From the IMG/VR virus record IMGVR_UViG_3300043540_000321, positions 64,001-128,000 of that record: a stretch of DNA of 64,000 nt, one strand, 5' to 3'. The notes under the pieces are model-generated. The model ran no database searches. It saw only the letters and a list, made by a program, of their open reading frames with translations, and was not told the origin of the DNA. Below are positions 8,280 to 17,487 of the stretch, piece by piece. The position numbers were made by a program, and so were the translations under genes. Position 1 is the stretch's first letter, and each line of letters begins with the position of its first letter. Source of the DNA: a virus.

Positions 8280-10706
8280 CTAGGGTCTCAAGGGTAGGAA
8301 ATAACTTCTACTTGATAGGGTCTCCGCGCTCGTAAGGACGACGGTGTAGTTCAGACCCACACCAGCCGGCACAAATTCTTTGAAGAGTTGGTCCACCTCC
8401 GGTGCGGTCTCCCTGGCATAAATGGTTAGAGTCGATAGAGGACTATTGGCAACAGAGACTTCCTTTGTAGAGGACAACGGCAGGAGTGTTGGGTATCGGA
8501 TAGCCGGGATGGTCAATTGAACCCCATCGGTCGAGAGGGCGGTATGATCATCTGGTGAGTTGTTCCAGGTAACTGGACTGGAAGACCCAGACCTGTAAGA
8601 AAGAATTTGAGGGTCGAGGATCTCAATATCGGTCACGCCATAGAGACTGGCTGCCGAGTACAAACCCTCTAATGTGCTGCCCACTGTCGATATACGTCGG
8701 ATCAATAGAGCGGTCGAGAAGTCGTCGGACTGGAACGGGTCACGAGAAAGTCCATAGAGGGCTAACCATTGGTCGACCGCCCAACCCTGCGAGGTGTGGA
8801 TAGTCAGGCTGTCGTTTGCCATCGCGTACATCAGGTACCAGCCAAAGGTGGAGTGCGCGATGGCATAGAACAAAGAGCCAATACGCCCGGTGTAGGCATA
8901 CAAATCTTCTACTCCAGGCCAGCGATAGCCAAATGGGAACATTCGACAGCACTCCAGATAGACAAAAGTGCTGAATGAGAGGGCATCGTAGGCGTGCAGA
9001 TTGAACATGGGTTTAATAAAAATATCTGCATCGGGTATCGAGAGCAAGGACATCCAGAATGTAGGGACCAGTTCAGGAGCTAACCCGGAGCTGGTCTGGA
9101 AGTAATACAGAGATGGAAGGGTGCTACTCCAACTAATAAAGTGGTTGCTCACCGTTCGAGTTGGCGTAGTGATTTTCCTTTGGTCCGCCAGGAGTAAAAC
9201 GTAGAGCCACAAACCCCGAATGAAATCGTTAGTCTGGGTTGCTGTAACGCTTGCTGTGACCTGGTTGATTAGACTCGGTAGCGTGTCTGTCTCTACTCCA
9301 TAGACCAGGTTCCAGAGCAATTTGTAGAGAGAAGGCATTTGATAAGGCGAAGGGTACAGCTCCTCCTCGTCCAGACTTCGAATTCTCGATGAGGCGATGT
9401 AAAGCTTTGCGGCTGCCTCATGGACATTCTGGTCGTAACTTATGGACAAATAGCGATGGAGAAACAGACTGGAAACGATCGTCGCGGATAGGTCAAGGTC
9501 GGTCAGGCAGTTGCCGGCCGAGTCGAACCCGGTGTAGGTTGCCCAGGTCGTTGGGTCAACAGACAACTGAACAACCCCAGCCAATTGCTTAAGAAGACTA
9601 TCTATACCGGCGGGAAGACTCTGAATCTGAGTAGCTGGGCGGTCTCGTAAATTCTGAACCGCATGGACCACGGCCAGACCCAGCCAGGCATTAGCCAACG
9701 TATCTCGTGCATTCGACAGACTGAAGGTCGTGTCTGCTCTATTTAATAAAGTCGGCAGTCCGATCGGAGCGTTTTGCTTGTCGAGCTGCTGCCGGATAAA
9801 ACACAGCTCCCTCAAGATGGACTTAACCAACTCATCTTCACCGAGCTCGCAGAGGGACAGGATGGTCAAGGATGTCTCGATAAGGTGTGCCGTTCCCATT
9901 GTGAAAGGGTCAAGGCGCGAGGCGGGCAAATACCCCCGAGAACCATCTGGTATCCACAATTGAGAAATGGCTGAGTTATTCAGATTCCAGGTAACCGTAG
10001 TGCAGCCTTGAGGAACGTCTTCGAACGTTAACTGATAATCGGTTCCCGAAGCTTGCACCTCATCAACTACTGTCGAGGTGTTATTAAAATACGCTAGAGT
10101 TCGGTCCGCCGTAAGATGGAGTCCAGATAAGTCCTGAGGAAAAGTAGTGGAGTCCACCGTAACATCCTGATCAGCCGTGAGCGCTCGAAATATTGTTCCG
10201 CCTGTGCCCACCTGGTTGTAAGTCGTCGGGTCTACCCACCAGGGAATCTGAACAACCTGAACTGTTTTAATGTTCTGATCTGGATACGGTCCGGTCGGGA
10301 CGGTCTCCATACTAACGGAGGGGTAAGTATTCGACCAGACGACTTGAGTCAGGCTGTAAGTGAAGCTCGCCTGCAGGGCAGGATAGGATGCCAGAACAGG
10401 TGTTGAAAAAGTTGAGTTGTAGCCATGAATGGGTTGGGTGATGGCGTCTGCGGTACCTGCAAATGCCGAGATAGAAAAGGTAGCCGACGCATCAAGTAGA
10501 GTAACACCCGTTGGAATTGAGATGCTAATAGTACCCGGAGCCTGGTTCCCGGTAATCAAAAATGAGAGATTGTTCTCCTGGTGACTTTCTGGCCTCAGCC
10601 AGTTGTTTGCAGGTTCGATGTTCTCAATCCAGTAAACGATGTCTGTCCCAGAGCAGTACTGCGCCAGGTGCGAAAGGAAGAAAGTGTAAGGCTTTGAGAC
10701 AGGCAT
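8280..10706 (-). CDS. baseplate wedge protein (gpI/gp7-like C-terminal domain) with large accessory domains
   Basis: C-terminal SQGWAVDQWLALYGLSRDPFQSDD...GSTLEGL...VPAGV resembles P2 gpI/DUF2313 wedge proteins; directly after baseplate J; 808 aa. Confidence 0.6.
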   Translation of the reverse strand: MPVSKPYTFFLSHLAQYCSGTDIVYWIENIEPANNWLRPESHQENNLSFLITGNQAPGTISISIPTGVTLLDASATFSISAFAGTADAITQPIHGYNSTFSTPVLASYPALQASFTYSLTQVVWSNTYPSVSMETVPTGPYPDQNIKTVQVVQIPWWVDPTTYNQVGTGGTIFRALTADQDVTVDSTTFPQDLSGLHLTADRTLAYFNNTSTVVDEVQASGTDYQLTFEDVPQGCTTVTWNLNNSAISQLWIPDGSRGYLPASRLDPFTMGTAHLIETSLTILSLCELGEDELVKSILRELCFIRQQLDKQNAPIGLPTLLNRADTTFSLSNARDTLANAWLGLAVVHAVQNLRDRPATQIQSLPAGIDSLLKQLAGVVQLSVDPTTWATYTGFDSAGNCLTDLDLSATIVSSLFLHRYLSISYDQNVHEAAAKLYIASSRIRSLDEEELYPSPYQMPSLYKLLWNLVYGVETDTLPSLINQVTASVTATQTNDFIRGLWLYVLLLADQRKITTPTRTVSNHFISWSSTLPSLYYFQTSSGLAPELVPTFWMSLLSIPDADIFIKPMFNLHAYDALSFSTFVYLECCRMFPFGYRWPGVEDLYAYTGRIGSLFYAIAHSTFGWYLMYAMANDSLTIHTSQGWAVDQWLALYGLSRDPFQSDDFSTALLIRRISTVGSTLEGLYSAASLYGVTDIEILDPQILSYRSGSSSPVTWNNSPDDHTALSTDGVQLTIPAIRYPTLLPLSSTKEVSVANSPLSTLTIYARETAPEVDQLFKEFVPAGVGLNYTVVLTSAETLSSRSYFLPLRP

Positions 10707-10712
10707 AGAACG

Positions 10713-11816
10713 TTAAACAGTGTCATAAGTAATCCAGGCGTTCTCGGTTCGAACGACTCCTGTTGAGTTCGGAGTAACAACGGCTGAAGGGGATAAAACA
10801 CTCAGACTGATGACATTCGAACTGACGGAGCTAAGAGACTGGAGATAACTCTGAAGTAGAGCGGGCGTAAGAGGTTGACCCAGACCTAACGTCATCAAGT
10901 AAGTGTGAATCTGCGCGATCAAGGTATCGGTTAATGCTTGCAGGTCAACCCCATTTTTGGGTTTGCAATAGATGTTGACATCTGTGTAAGTCCGAGTCGC
11001 CTGGTAGACCGAAATAAGAACTCCAGCCGGTTTAACATTGGCTGCGATCGCTAGAAGGCTAGAAAGTTCGGTTGAGAGTAGAGTTGACTCACTATCAACC
11101 CATACTTCTATCACCCCGGGAGAAGGAACTCTCAAAGCGGCCCACTCCACACTGGACTGAGCTAGGATAGCTGCCTTGATCGCTTGATCGCTGCACGAGC
11201 CCTTCGCCTGAATGAATTGTAGAATCCGCGCTCTGAAGAGAGCGTCACTCTCCGGCTGCAGCCCGCCGGTCAGGTCTCCGCAGTAAGCTCCGGCTGTCGT
11301 GCGGTGAGTCCCTACAACAAAACTCCCCTGAGGGAAGGTCGGAGATATCAAGGAAGTTCCGGCCTGAAAGTTCGCCAATTCAGTAGGTAGGAGAGCCTGG
11401 ACTGGAACAGCGGTCTGAGCGACAGATGAGATAGAGTACCCGGTGATTCCTGTTCCCTGAACCTGAACCTGAAGTCCAGAACTGGGTTCAGTTAAGACCA
11501 CTCCGGGGTTAAGAACAAACCCATCCTTGAGACTCTGCGCCAGTACGGAGCCTGTGGCATAAGTTCCCGTTTTCCGAACCAGCGATGGGTCCAGGTCAGC
11601 CGCCCGTTGGTCCAAGGTAGAACCCTGTGCGGTTTGCAGAAACATGCCGCTGGTCAGATTTAATAAATTCTGGTCCTCCGCAACTTGCCCTGCTGCAAAG
11701 GACCGGATGAGTGCTGTGAAGATAGACCCCTCAGAGAGGTCTGCCGGAATACCGCTCTGAGCCAGAAATGTTGTTATGACAGATTCAATCGTCGCGAGAT
11801 CTCGAGAGATAAACAT
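10713..11816 (-). CDS. baseplate J-like wedge protein
   Basis: SEGSIFTALIRSFA, AQGSTLDQRAAD, GGLQPESDALFRARI, VKPAGV motifs characteristic of Baseplate_J; 367 aa. Confidence 0.9.
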   Translation of the reverse strand: MFISRDLATIESVITTFLAQSGIPADLSEGSIFTALIRSFAAGQVAEDQNLLNLTSGMFLQTAQGSTLDQRAADLDPSLVRKTGTYATGSVLAQSLKDGFVLNPGVVLTEPSSGLQVQVQGTGITGYSISSVAQTAVPVQALLPTELANFQAGTSLISPTFPQGSFVVGTHRTTAGAYCGDLTGGLQPESDALFRARILQFIQAKGSCSDQAIKAAILAQSSVEWAALRVPSPGVIEVWVDSESTLLSTELSSLLAIAANVKPAGVLISVYQATRTYTDVNIYCKPKNGVDLQALTDTLIAQIHTYLMTLGLGQPLTPALLQSYLQSLSSVSSNVISLSVLSPSAVVTPNSTGVVRTENAWITYDTV

Positions 11817-11821
11817 CGGAG

Positions 11822-12220
11822 CTAATTAGGGAGTGTGAATTGAACCTGCTGCGTTTCAGAACTCGACCCGTTAATTCGATAGGCAACAGAAACACCGACC
11901 TGCTGAGAGGAAAGATCGCTTGAAGCTTGAACAGAAGAGACTGTGACTCGACTCTCACCAGCCGCACAATCAGCAATAGCCTGGCGCACACCTTCAATGT
12001 TGACGGGTACGAGCGGAGCGCTGAGATAGTCATAGACCTTGTCCCCGTAGCTCCCTCCTGTCAGCTCTAGACCCGCAGGCCCTCTTACCCAACGAGCATA
12101 CCCATTTACAGGTGTTGAAAGACGACGGAGCAATGCCTCCTGAATCATTGCATCGTCAGCGATCGTAGAGAAGTCTAGGCTCTCCTTACTCTGTACACCT
12201 AAGTAAATGTCTTCTGTCAT
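11822..12220 (-). CDS. baseplate wedge gp25/gpW-like protein
   Basis: ALLRRLSTPVNGY...YGDKVYDYLSAP...IADCAAGESRVTV is GPW_gp25-like. Start moved to ATG 12220 (MTEDIYLG), giving an ATGA overlap with the upstream gene instead of the track's 160-nt overlap. Confidence 0.8.
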   Translation of the reverse strand: MTEDIYLGVQSKESLDFSTIADDAMIQEALLRRLSTPVNGYARWVRGPAGLELTGGSYGDKVYDYLSAPLVPVNIEGVRQAIADCAAGESRVTVSSVQASSDLSSQQVGVSVAYRINGSSSETQQVQFTLPN

Positions 12221-12855
12221 AACAAGTTGAGCGGAGACGTGGAGTCTGGTAGGTACCCCCACGATAAGGTCGGAGACGGTGCGGATAGTGACCAGAAACA
12301 CTGGTCGGTCGCTTTGACTGAAGCGTAGTTCTGATCGATCGAGATTGCGACCAGGTTGTACTGACCAGCCGCCCATTGACCAGAATGGCTGAAGTGGACT
12401 TCCCCAGGGTTAACTGTGTCTCGACCTTGAACAATCAGTGTCGAATCACTCCCATCAGGAGAGTAGTAGAGTTTCCATCGAACGAACCCAATGGGCTGAC
12501 CTACGCGACAGAGAACGGACAGAGCGCAGAAGTCGGAGGATGTAAAGGCGATCGTCGAGACTACAGTGGAGTCAGCAATAAGAGGATTCCAGGCTCGACT
12601 CACAGTAGCGTATGCCGGTGTCCCGCTCAACGCAGTTAGTCGAAAAGTTGTTAGCTGACTCGTTGAGGATAAGACAATCCCCTTGCCGACGGCGTTGTCT
12701 TTAGCATCGAAGAGATTAACCTGCAACCCTGCCTTTGGAGGTTCTAAGGGAACAAAAGTCCAGATGTTGCCTTTCTGCGACTGGACTGGCGTGCGGTCTG
12801 GATAAATGCTGGATGAGGTTATAGTCTGAGCACTAACGGGTAAAAATCGATTCAT
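12217..12855 (-). CDS. hypothetical baseplate-region protein (Ig-like, beta-rich)
   Basis: 212 aa, 4-nt overlaps on both sides. Confidence 0.5.
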   Translation of the reverse strand: MNRFLPVSAQTITSSSIYPDRTPVQSQKGNIWTFVPLEPPKAGLQVNLFDAKDNAVGKGIVLSSTSQLTTFRLTALSGTPAYATVSRAWNPLIADSTVVSTIAFTSSDFCALSVLCRVGQPIGFVRWKLYYSPDGSDSTLIVQGRDTVNPGEVHFSHSGQWAAGQYNLVAISIDQNYASVKATDQCFWSLSAPSPTLSWGYLPDSTSPLNLL

Positions 12856-14348
12856 CGAGATCCTCCTGTCAAAAACGTCCCCAAGTTTTGTGACCCAGCC
12901 TTCGGGTCGGGGACTGAGGGGGTAAGAGGAGAGACCTGACTCGCTGGTTGTGGGGTGACAGGGCTGGTCTTAGGATATGGAGCGACATCTGTCATCGCCT
13001 GGATTGTCTGTGGGGTCATGCTCAAAGGAGTTGGTGGGGTCACCGTTGTCACCGTCGACTGTCGTGGACCACAATTAATAAAAGTTGGGCTGCCTCGAAG
13101 AATCAGGACACTAGAAGACGCCAGGCTCACAGAGGTACCTGTTCCAATGACGGGACCTCCAGACGAGAACCCAACGCCTGTGTCCGAAAAGAGGTTGATA
13201 GACCCACCCACACCACTGATATTGACGGGGCCAGAAAGACAGGCGAGATTTAAGGCTATCGTTTTAGCGACTACATCCGTATTAAGAGCAGAAGTTGTCG
13301 CTAAGCGACCCAGGTTCGTTTGAAATAAGGCATCCTTCTGAATATTGGCAGACAGCGTGCCGTAGTTCGTCGCGGAGTTACTTCGAGTTGGATGAAGAGG
13401 AGTCGCACTGGCCTGCCCAACCTGGAGGTTGAGCACATCCGAGTAAAGATTGCAGCTCCCAGTGTTCACAGCCAGATTAGCAGCTGCGATCGCCATCTGG
13501 TCTTGAGAATACAGAGAGAGATTACCGCCCATCGCCACCCACTGGTCTTCAGCTCGAGTGAAATGGTGCTGGAAACTTCCCTGATAGAGGTCAGCCGTTG
13601 TGTGATTGAACCTCGTCTGAGTCACTATCTGCTGAGAGCTGAACAAAGTCGCCGGAGAGTTGACTGAGAAGATAGAGGCTGTGTTGAACCGAGCCTGCCC
13701 TACGTTATGCTGGTGAACTGCATTATTGTTCACAACCGTGTTCCCATAGGCATAATCTGCTTGCAGGGCTCGAGTCGTATCGGTCACCATCTTGCCGGCC
13801 TCGTTTAAGAGGGAGACATAACGACCAATCCCGGTACGAACTGAGGTTGGCATCAGTTGCAGTAACGTATTGACCTCCGAGTTCGCAACGCTCTTGTCTG
13901 AGTGAACCAGTTGAAGGACTTTGATGACCCAGGACTCTAAGGTGTTGACCTGTTTCACCAAAGACCCCAATAAACTTTGGATGGCATTCGACGGAGTGCT
14001 GTTATGTAGGCTGGCTGAGTTAGGTGAGGGCAGCCCCAAACTGGCGTAGATAGCCGGGCCTGATGACCCCGTCGGCATGAGGCTAGATGGAAAAAGGTCT
14101 ATGCTCTCCTCGGTGTAGTAAGACCGGTACATCTCAGTCACGATCGTGACAGCGGCATCGTGCAGAGGAATCACCCGGATCGAGGGAGACTCTACGGTCG
14201 TTCCTTCTGGGAGCTGGTTCACTTCGACTGTGGATGTCCAGGCCTGAAACCCAACATTCTGAGTCACCTCACCTGAGGTCGTCGGTGGTATAGCCAGAGC
14301 GACATAAGTGGGAGAAATATCTGTGAATCCTGTAGGTGAGTAACTCAA
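12852..14348 (-). CDS. putative baseplate spike needle (gp5 C-terminal beta-helix-like)
   Basis: C-terminal half is made of short S/G/T/N-rich beta-strand repeats (GGNLSLYSQDQMAIAA, GGSINLFSDTGVGFSS); baseplate context. Confidence 0.5.
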   Translation of the reverse strand: MSYSPTGFTDISPTYVALAIPPTTSGEVTQNVGFQAWTSTVEVNQLPEGTTVESPSIRVIPLHDAAVTIVTEMYRSYYTEESIDLFPSSLMPTGSSGPAIYASLGLPSPNSASLHNSTPSNAIQSLLGSLVKQVNTLESWVIKVLQLVHSDKSVANSEVNTLLQLMPTSVRTGIGRYVSLLNEAGKMVTDTTRALQADYAYGNTVVNNNAVHQHNVGQARFNTASIFSVNSPATLFSSQQIVTQTRFNHTTADLYQGSFQHHFTRAEDQWVAMGGNLSLYSQDQMAIAAANLAVNTGSCNLYSDVLNLQVGQASATPLHPTRSNSATNYGTLSANIQKDALFQTNLGRLATTSALNTDVVAKTIALNLACLSGPVNISGVGGSINLFSDTGVGFSSGGPVIGTGTSVSLASSSVLILRGSPTFINCGPRQSTVTTVTPPTPLSMTPQTIQAMTDVAPYPKTSPVTPQPASQVSPLTPSVPDPKAGSQNLGTFLTGGSR

Positions 14349-15493
14349 GGCATGAACTCCGACAATCGAGAGGGTCCAACTTTAGGAATAACCGGGTTCT
14401 GGTTGTGCTGCAGAAGCTGAGCAGCCGTTAGAAAGATCCGATAGGACAGACCGCTCGCTTCATACAACGTATTGAAGAGTCCCAGGGCAGCATAGGCGTC
14501 GTAGGCTGTTGACAGAGCTGTAGCTATAGCGGTGCGATCGCTCTCATACACGCCCGCCGTCTGAAACACAACGAACGGGGCGTTAATAATATCGTCCGAA
14601 ACTGTAGATGTTAGGTACTCAGCCGCCGTGAGGAGTCCGTCTAGAGCTAAGGCTTGATAGATCAAAGGAACACCGGCTGGAGGACACAGGGCGAGCCCAT
14701 TATTAATAATCTGCTGCGCGGTAGGTAGCCCGACCAGTTTGTATTGAGCCGCCGCTGTTGAGTTGGTATAGACCGTCAACACTTCAATCAATTCATCCGT
14801 AATCTCTCCGAGGACTAGACGTTGGAACAGCATCTGCCAATCATCTGGGACGACCAGAGACTGGTTGAACAATCGAGCTAAATCAGGAGCTGTTGAGTTT
14901 AGGGTTCCGGCGGCCAGACCATTCAATAGAGCGGTGTAGGTGATTGCCAGAGGGGGAGACACTTGAAGTTTATTAAAAACCGCTCTCTGCTTGCCTGCTG
15001 GGGTCAGAGTGGCATCAATGCCCAGGTCAGCCCAAAAGTAATTGAGAGCCTTGCGAAGGACCTGAGTGACATAGAGTCCGTTACCGCCGTCGGAGTGGGT
15101 ATACATCGAAAAGGCAACTGACCCACACAACCCATAGAAACCGTTGCCCGGAGCACTCACACTTGGCCAAAAATTCGCGCCGTAAGTTGTCCAATATCTT
15201 TGAGCTGTCGTAGTTAACTCAGTGTAAGTGGAGTCTCGCGTTTGAGTGCAGCGTATTGCAGCCGCGATCGCCAGGGAAAGAATCAGGTCTCTGTAGGCCA
15301 GAACGGTATAGCTACTCTGTTGATAGGAAGAAAAATATTCTAAGTAAAGTTGAACCATTCTCGCCCGACCTTGCAGCAAGGTTCGCGCTGAGGTTTTTTG
15401 TACAAAAAATGTAGAAGGGTCCTCTACCCCAAATCGATAAACGTTCGGGTCGTATCCCAGGGTAAGAGCAAAAGGTCCGAGAGTATCAGTCAT
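14345..15493 (-). CDS. hypothetical alpha-helical baseplate-region protein
   Basis: 382-aa ORF coupled to both neighbours. Confidence 0.5.
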   Translation of the reverse strand: MTDTLGPFALTLGYDPNVYRFGVEDPSTFFVQKTSARTLLQGRARMVQLYLEYFSSYQQSSYTVLAYRDLILSLAIAAAIRCTQTRDSTYTELTTTAQRYWTTYGANFWPSVSAPGNGFYGLCGSVAFSMYTHSDGGNGLYVTQVLRKALNYFWADLGIDATLTPAGKQRAVFNKLQVSPPLAITYTALLNGLAAGTLNSTAPDLARLFNQSLVVPDDWQMLFQRLVLGEITDELIEVLTVYTNSTAAAQYKLVGLPTAQQIINNGLALCPPAGVPLIYQALALDGLLTAAEYLTSTVSDDIINAPFVVFQTAGVYESDRTAIATALSTAYDAYAALGLFNTLYEASGLSYRIFLTAAQLLQHNQNPVIPKVGPSRLSEFMP

Positions 15494-17486
15494 GAAGTAG
15501 TGGGCTCATCTGAACAAGAGTTTGTTTAAGGATGTCGTAGGTCTGAATGTAGGCTCGAACATCGAGTCCGGTCGAGAGAAACACAAAGAGGACAAGGGCG
15601 TCGAGAGTCCTTCCTTGAGACAGCACATTTAATGCCGGATAGAACGGGTGCTGAACGCTCTCCAGCCAGGCCAAAAATGCAGCGATGTCTACCCAGTTGG
15701 TGGCATCGTCCGGCACACTCATCGATAAATTACTCAAGTAACTACTGACAACGGGACTGGTTGGGTCTGCGATCGCCTCCTGGAGAGTCGTAAGAACGGG
15801 ACTGGGCACAGGCGGACACTGAAGAACGGACGGTTTTACGGCCAGTTGAGCGAGCTGAGTTGCCGATGTAAACTTCTCGTCCGGAGTTGACCCGTCGATC
15901 GCACCTAACTTAAGAAGTTGGAGGGTGACCGCCACAGATTGAGCCTTCGTGCCCGTCGCGGCCGCCAGTTTAATAAAACTCAAGATAGACCCGTCGCTGA
16001 GCAGGTCATTGAGGTTGGTCGTTATCTGCACAGCCTTCGACTGAGGAACTCCCAGACGGACGAGTAGAGAGAGAAGAGCTTGCTCTGGGGCGGACGAGAA
16101 ATTGAAATTGCTGCTAGTCGATGCCATCAAGGCTGGCAGAGGGTGATTGACGATCGGCTTGTAGACAACGGGCGGGCTGAGCGGATCGGAGCTAGAGGCC
16201 GTCAGCTCTGGATAGCTCGTGTAGATCGTCATCTGCTCCCAGGTATCTACCTCGTAGTATCGTCGTTGGATGGTTGAGTCAACCTGGGCGAGTACTCCGC
16301 CGCTGATGATATTCCCCTCACCGGTTAGGGGTGTGGATGGGGTTTGAACGATACTGCCTGACGACAGGCTACCAGATATCGAAAGGCGTCCGGTACTGAA
16401 GTCAAAACTAATGGATAGAGAGATAGATAAGTTAGCCGGCAGGTTGAGCTGGATGCCGACCTGGACACAGCCGAACTTGTTGTAGGTTCCCCAGACAGCC
16501 TCGATTACAGCGACGGCCGTCTTCAATGATTTCAAGAAATTGAGCTGCAGCCCAGCCTCTTTAGACGCCTTCGTTAGTCCCTGCAACGCAGAGTTAACGG
16601 TGTTGAGAATATTGCCTACGGCATCTGCACCAGGGAGTTGAGAAGGACTTAACCCAGTTGTAAGAGACGGAGAGTTAGAGGAAGAGAGGACACCTTGACG
16701 ACTCGCGTCGGGGTGTGGAGTTTGAATCTCGATACGCCCCCCTATCGCTGTCCGCCAGTAGGCTAGGCTCTCTGCAATCTTCAGCTCTGCTCGTTGGACA
16801 TCTTTGAGTGCCTGGTGCATGGGCATATCGGCCAAGGACTGGCGCGGACCCTCCACCTTCTTGACTTCGTTCTGACCGGCCTCGATTCTCTGTCCGGCGA
16901 AGTACCAGTAGACGTTGCTACTGCTGTCAACGACCATCCGAGTCCCAGGCACCTCTGCCCCAGTCGATGAGTTCTGGGGTTGAAGAGGGGAAGAGTTTCT
17001 CAGAATAAGTGGGTAGACAGTACTCTCCGCCTCACCATTGACCGCCAATACTTCTGGAGGGAGTGGGCGAGGGTAGATATACAGCCCAGTAACATCCTTC
17101 GTGTCGATGTCTGGAAACCGTCCATTCTGCCACTCGCTGACCTGCCCATTAATAAAAAACGAGTCGTCAATATAGGGTTGACTGGTGCCACCCCGCATGA
17201 AGGAGACCTTAACGGGCTGCCCTGGACGCAACGGCATCGGGCAGAATCCAACCCCATTTGCTTGAGTGAACGCCCCGGGGATGCTGCGCGGAACATCTCT
17301 CAGCATGACATTGCCCATCTCTGGAACGACTACGTTGTAGGCATTGGTCATGCGATTAATGTCCGAGACATCCGCGACGTAGCCCCACACACTGTTTTGA
17401 AGTGGGACATGAACCCTCTGGTTCTGGGTGGAGGTGACTAAACTTTTAGTCTGCTGATACTCCCGAAAGACGTTGCTAATCTCCAT
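15486..17486 (-). CDS. baseplate spike protein with N-terminal gp5/gpV-type OB fold
   Basis: N-terminal GYVADVSD...YNVVVPEMG...PMPLRPGQPVKVSFMRGGTSQPYI matches the gp5/VgrG/gpV OB-fold pattern; directly follows the hub gene. Confidence 0.7.
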   Translation of the reverse strand: MEISNVFREYQQTKSLVTSTQNQRVHVPLQNSVWGYVADVSDINRMTNAYNVVVPEMGNVMLRDVPRSIPGAFTQANGVGFCPMPLRPGQPVKVSFMRGGTSQPYIDDSFFINGQVSEWQNGRFPDIDTKDVTGLYIYPRPLPPEVLAVNGEAESTVYPLILRNSSPLQPQNSSTGAEVPGTRMVVDSSSNVYWYFAGQRIEAGQNEVKKVEGPRQSLADMPMHQALKDVQRAELKIAESLAYWRTAIGGRIEIQTPHPDASRQGVLSSSNSPSLTTGLSPSQLPGADAVGNILNTVNSALQGLTKASKEAGLQLNFLKSLKTAVAVIEAVWGTYNKFGCVQVGIQLNLPANLSISLSISFDFSTGRLSISGSLSSGSIVQTPSTPLTGEGNIISGGVLAQVDSTIQRRYYEVDTWEQMTIYTSYPELTASSSDPLSPPVVYKPIVNHPLPALMASTSSNFNFSSAPEQALLSLLVRLGVPQSKAVQITTNLNDLLSDGSILSFIKLAAATGTKAQSVAVTLQLLKLGAIDGSTPDEKFTSATQLAQLAVKPSVLQCPPVPSPVLTTLQEAIADPTSPVVSSYLSNLSMSVPDDATNWVDIAAFLAWLESVQHPFYPALNVLSQGRTLDALVLFVFLSTGLDVRAYIQTYDILKQTLVQMSPLLHD

Positions 17487-17487
17487 G

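Noticed and set aside
11822-12220. Lysozyme activity for the gp25-like protein
   Set aside because: The gp25 family label is historical; these are structural sheath-initiating wedge proteins.
12221-12376. N-terminal extension of the gp25-like ORF given in the track
   Set aside because: Would overlap the upstream gene by 160 nt; ATG 12220 gives a typical ATGA coupling and a normal gp25 length.
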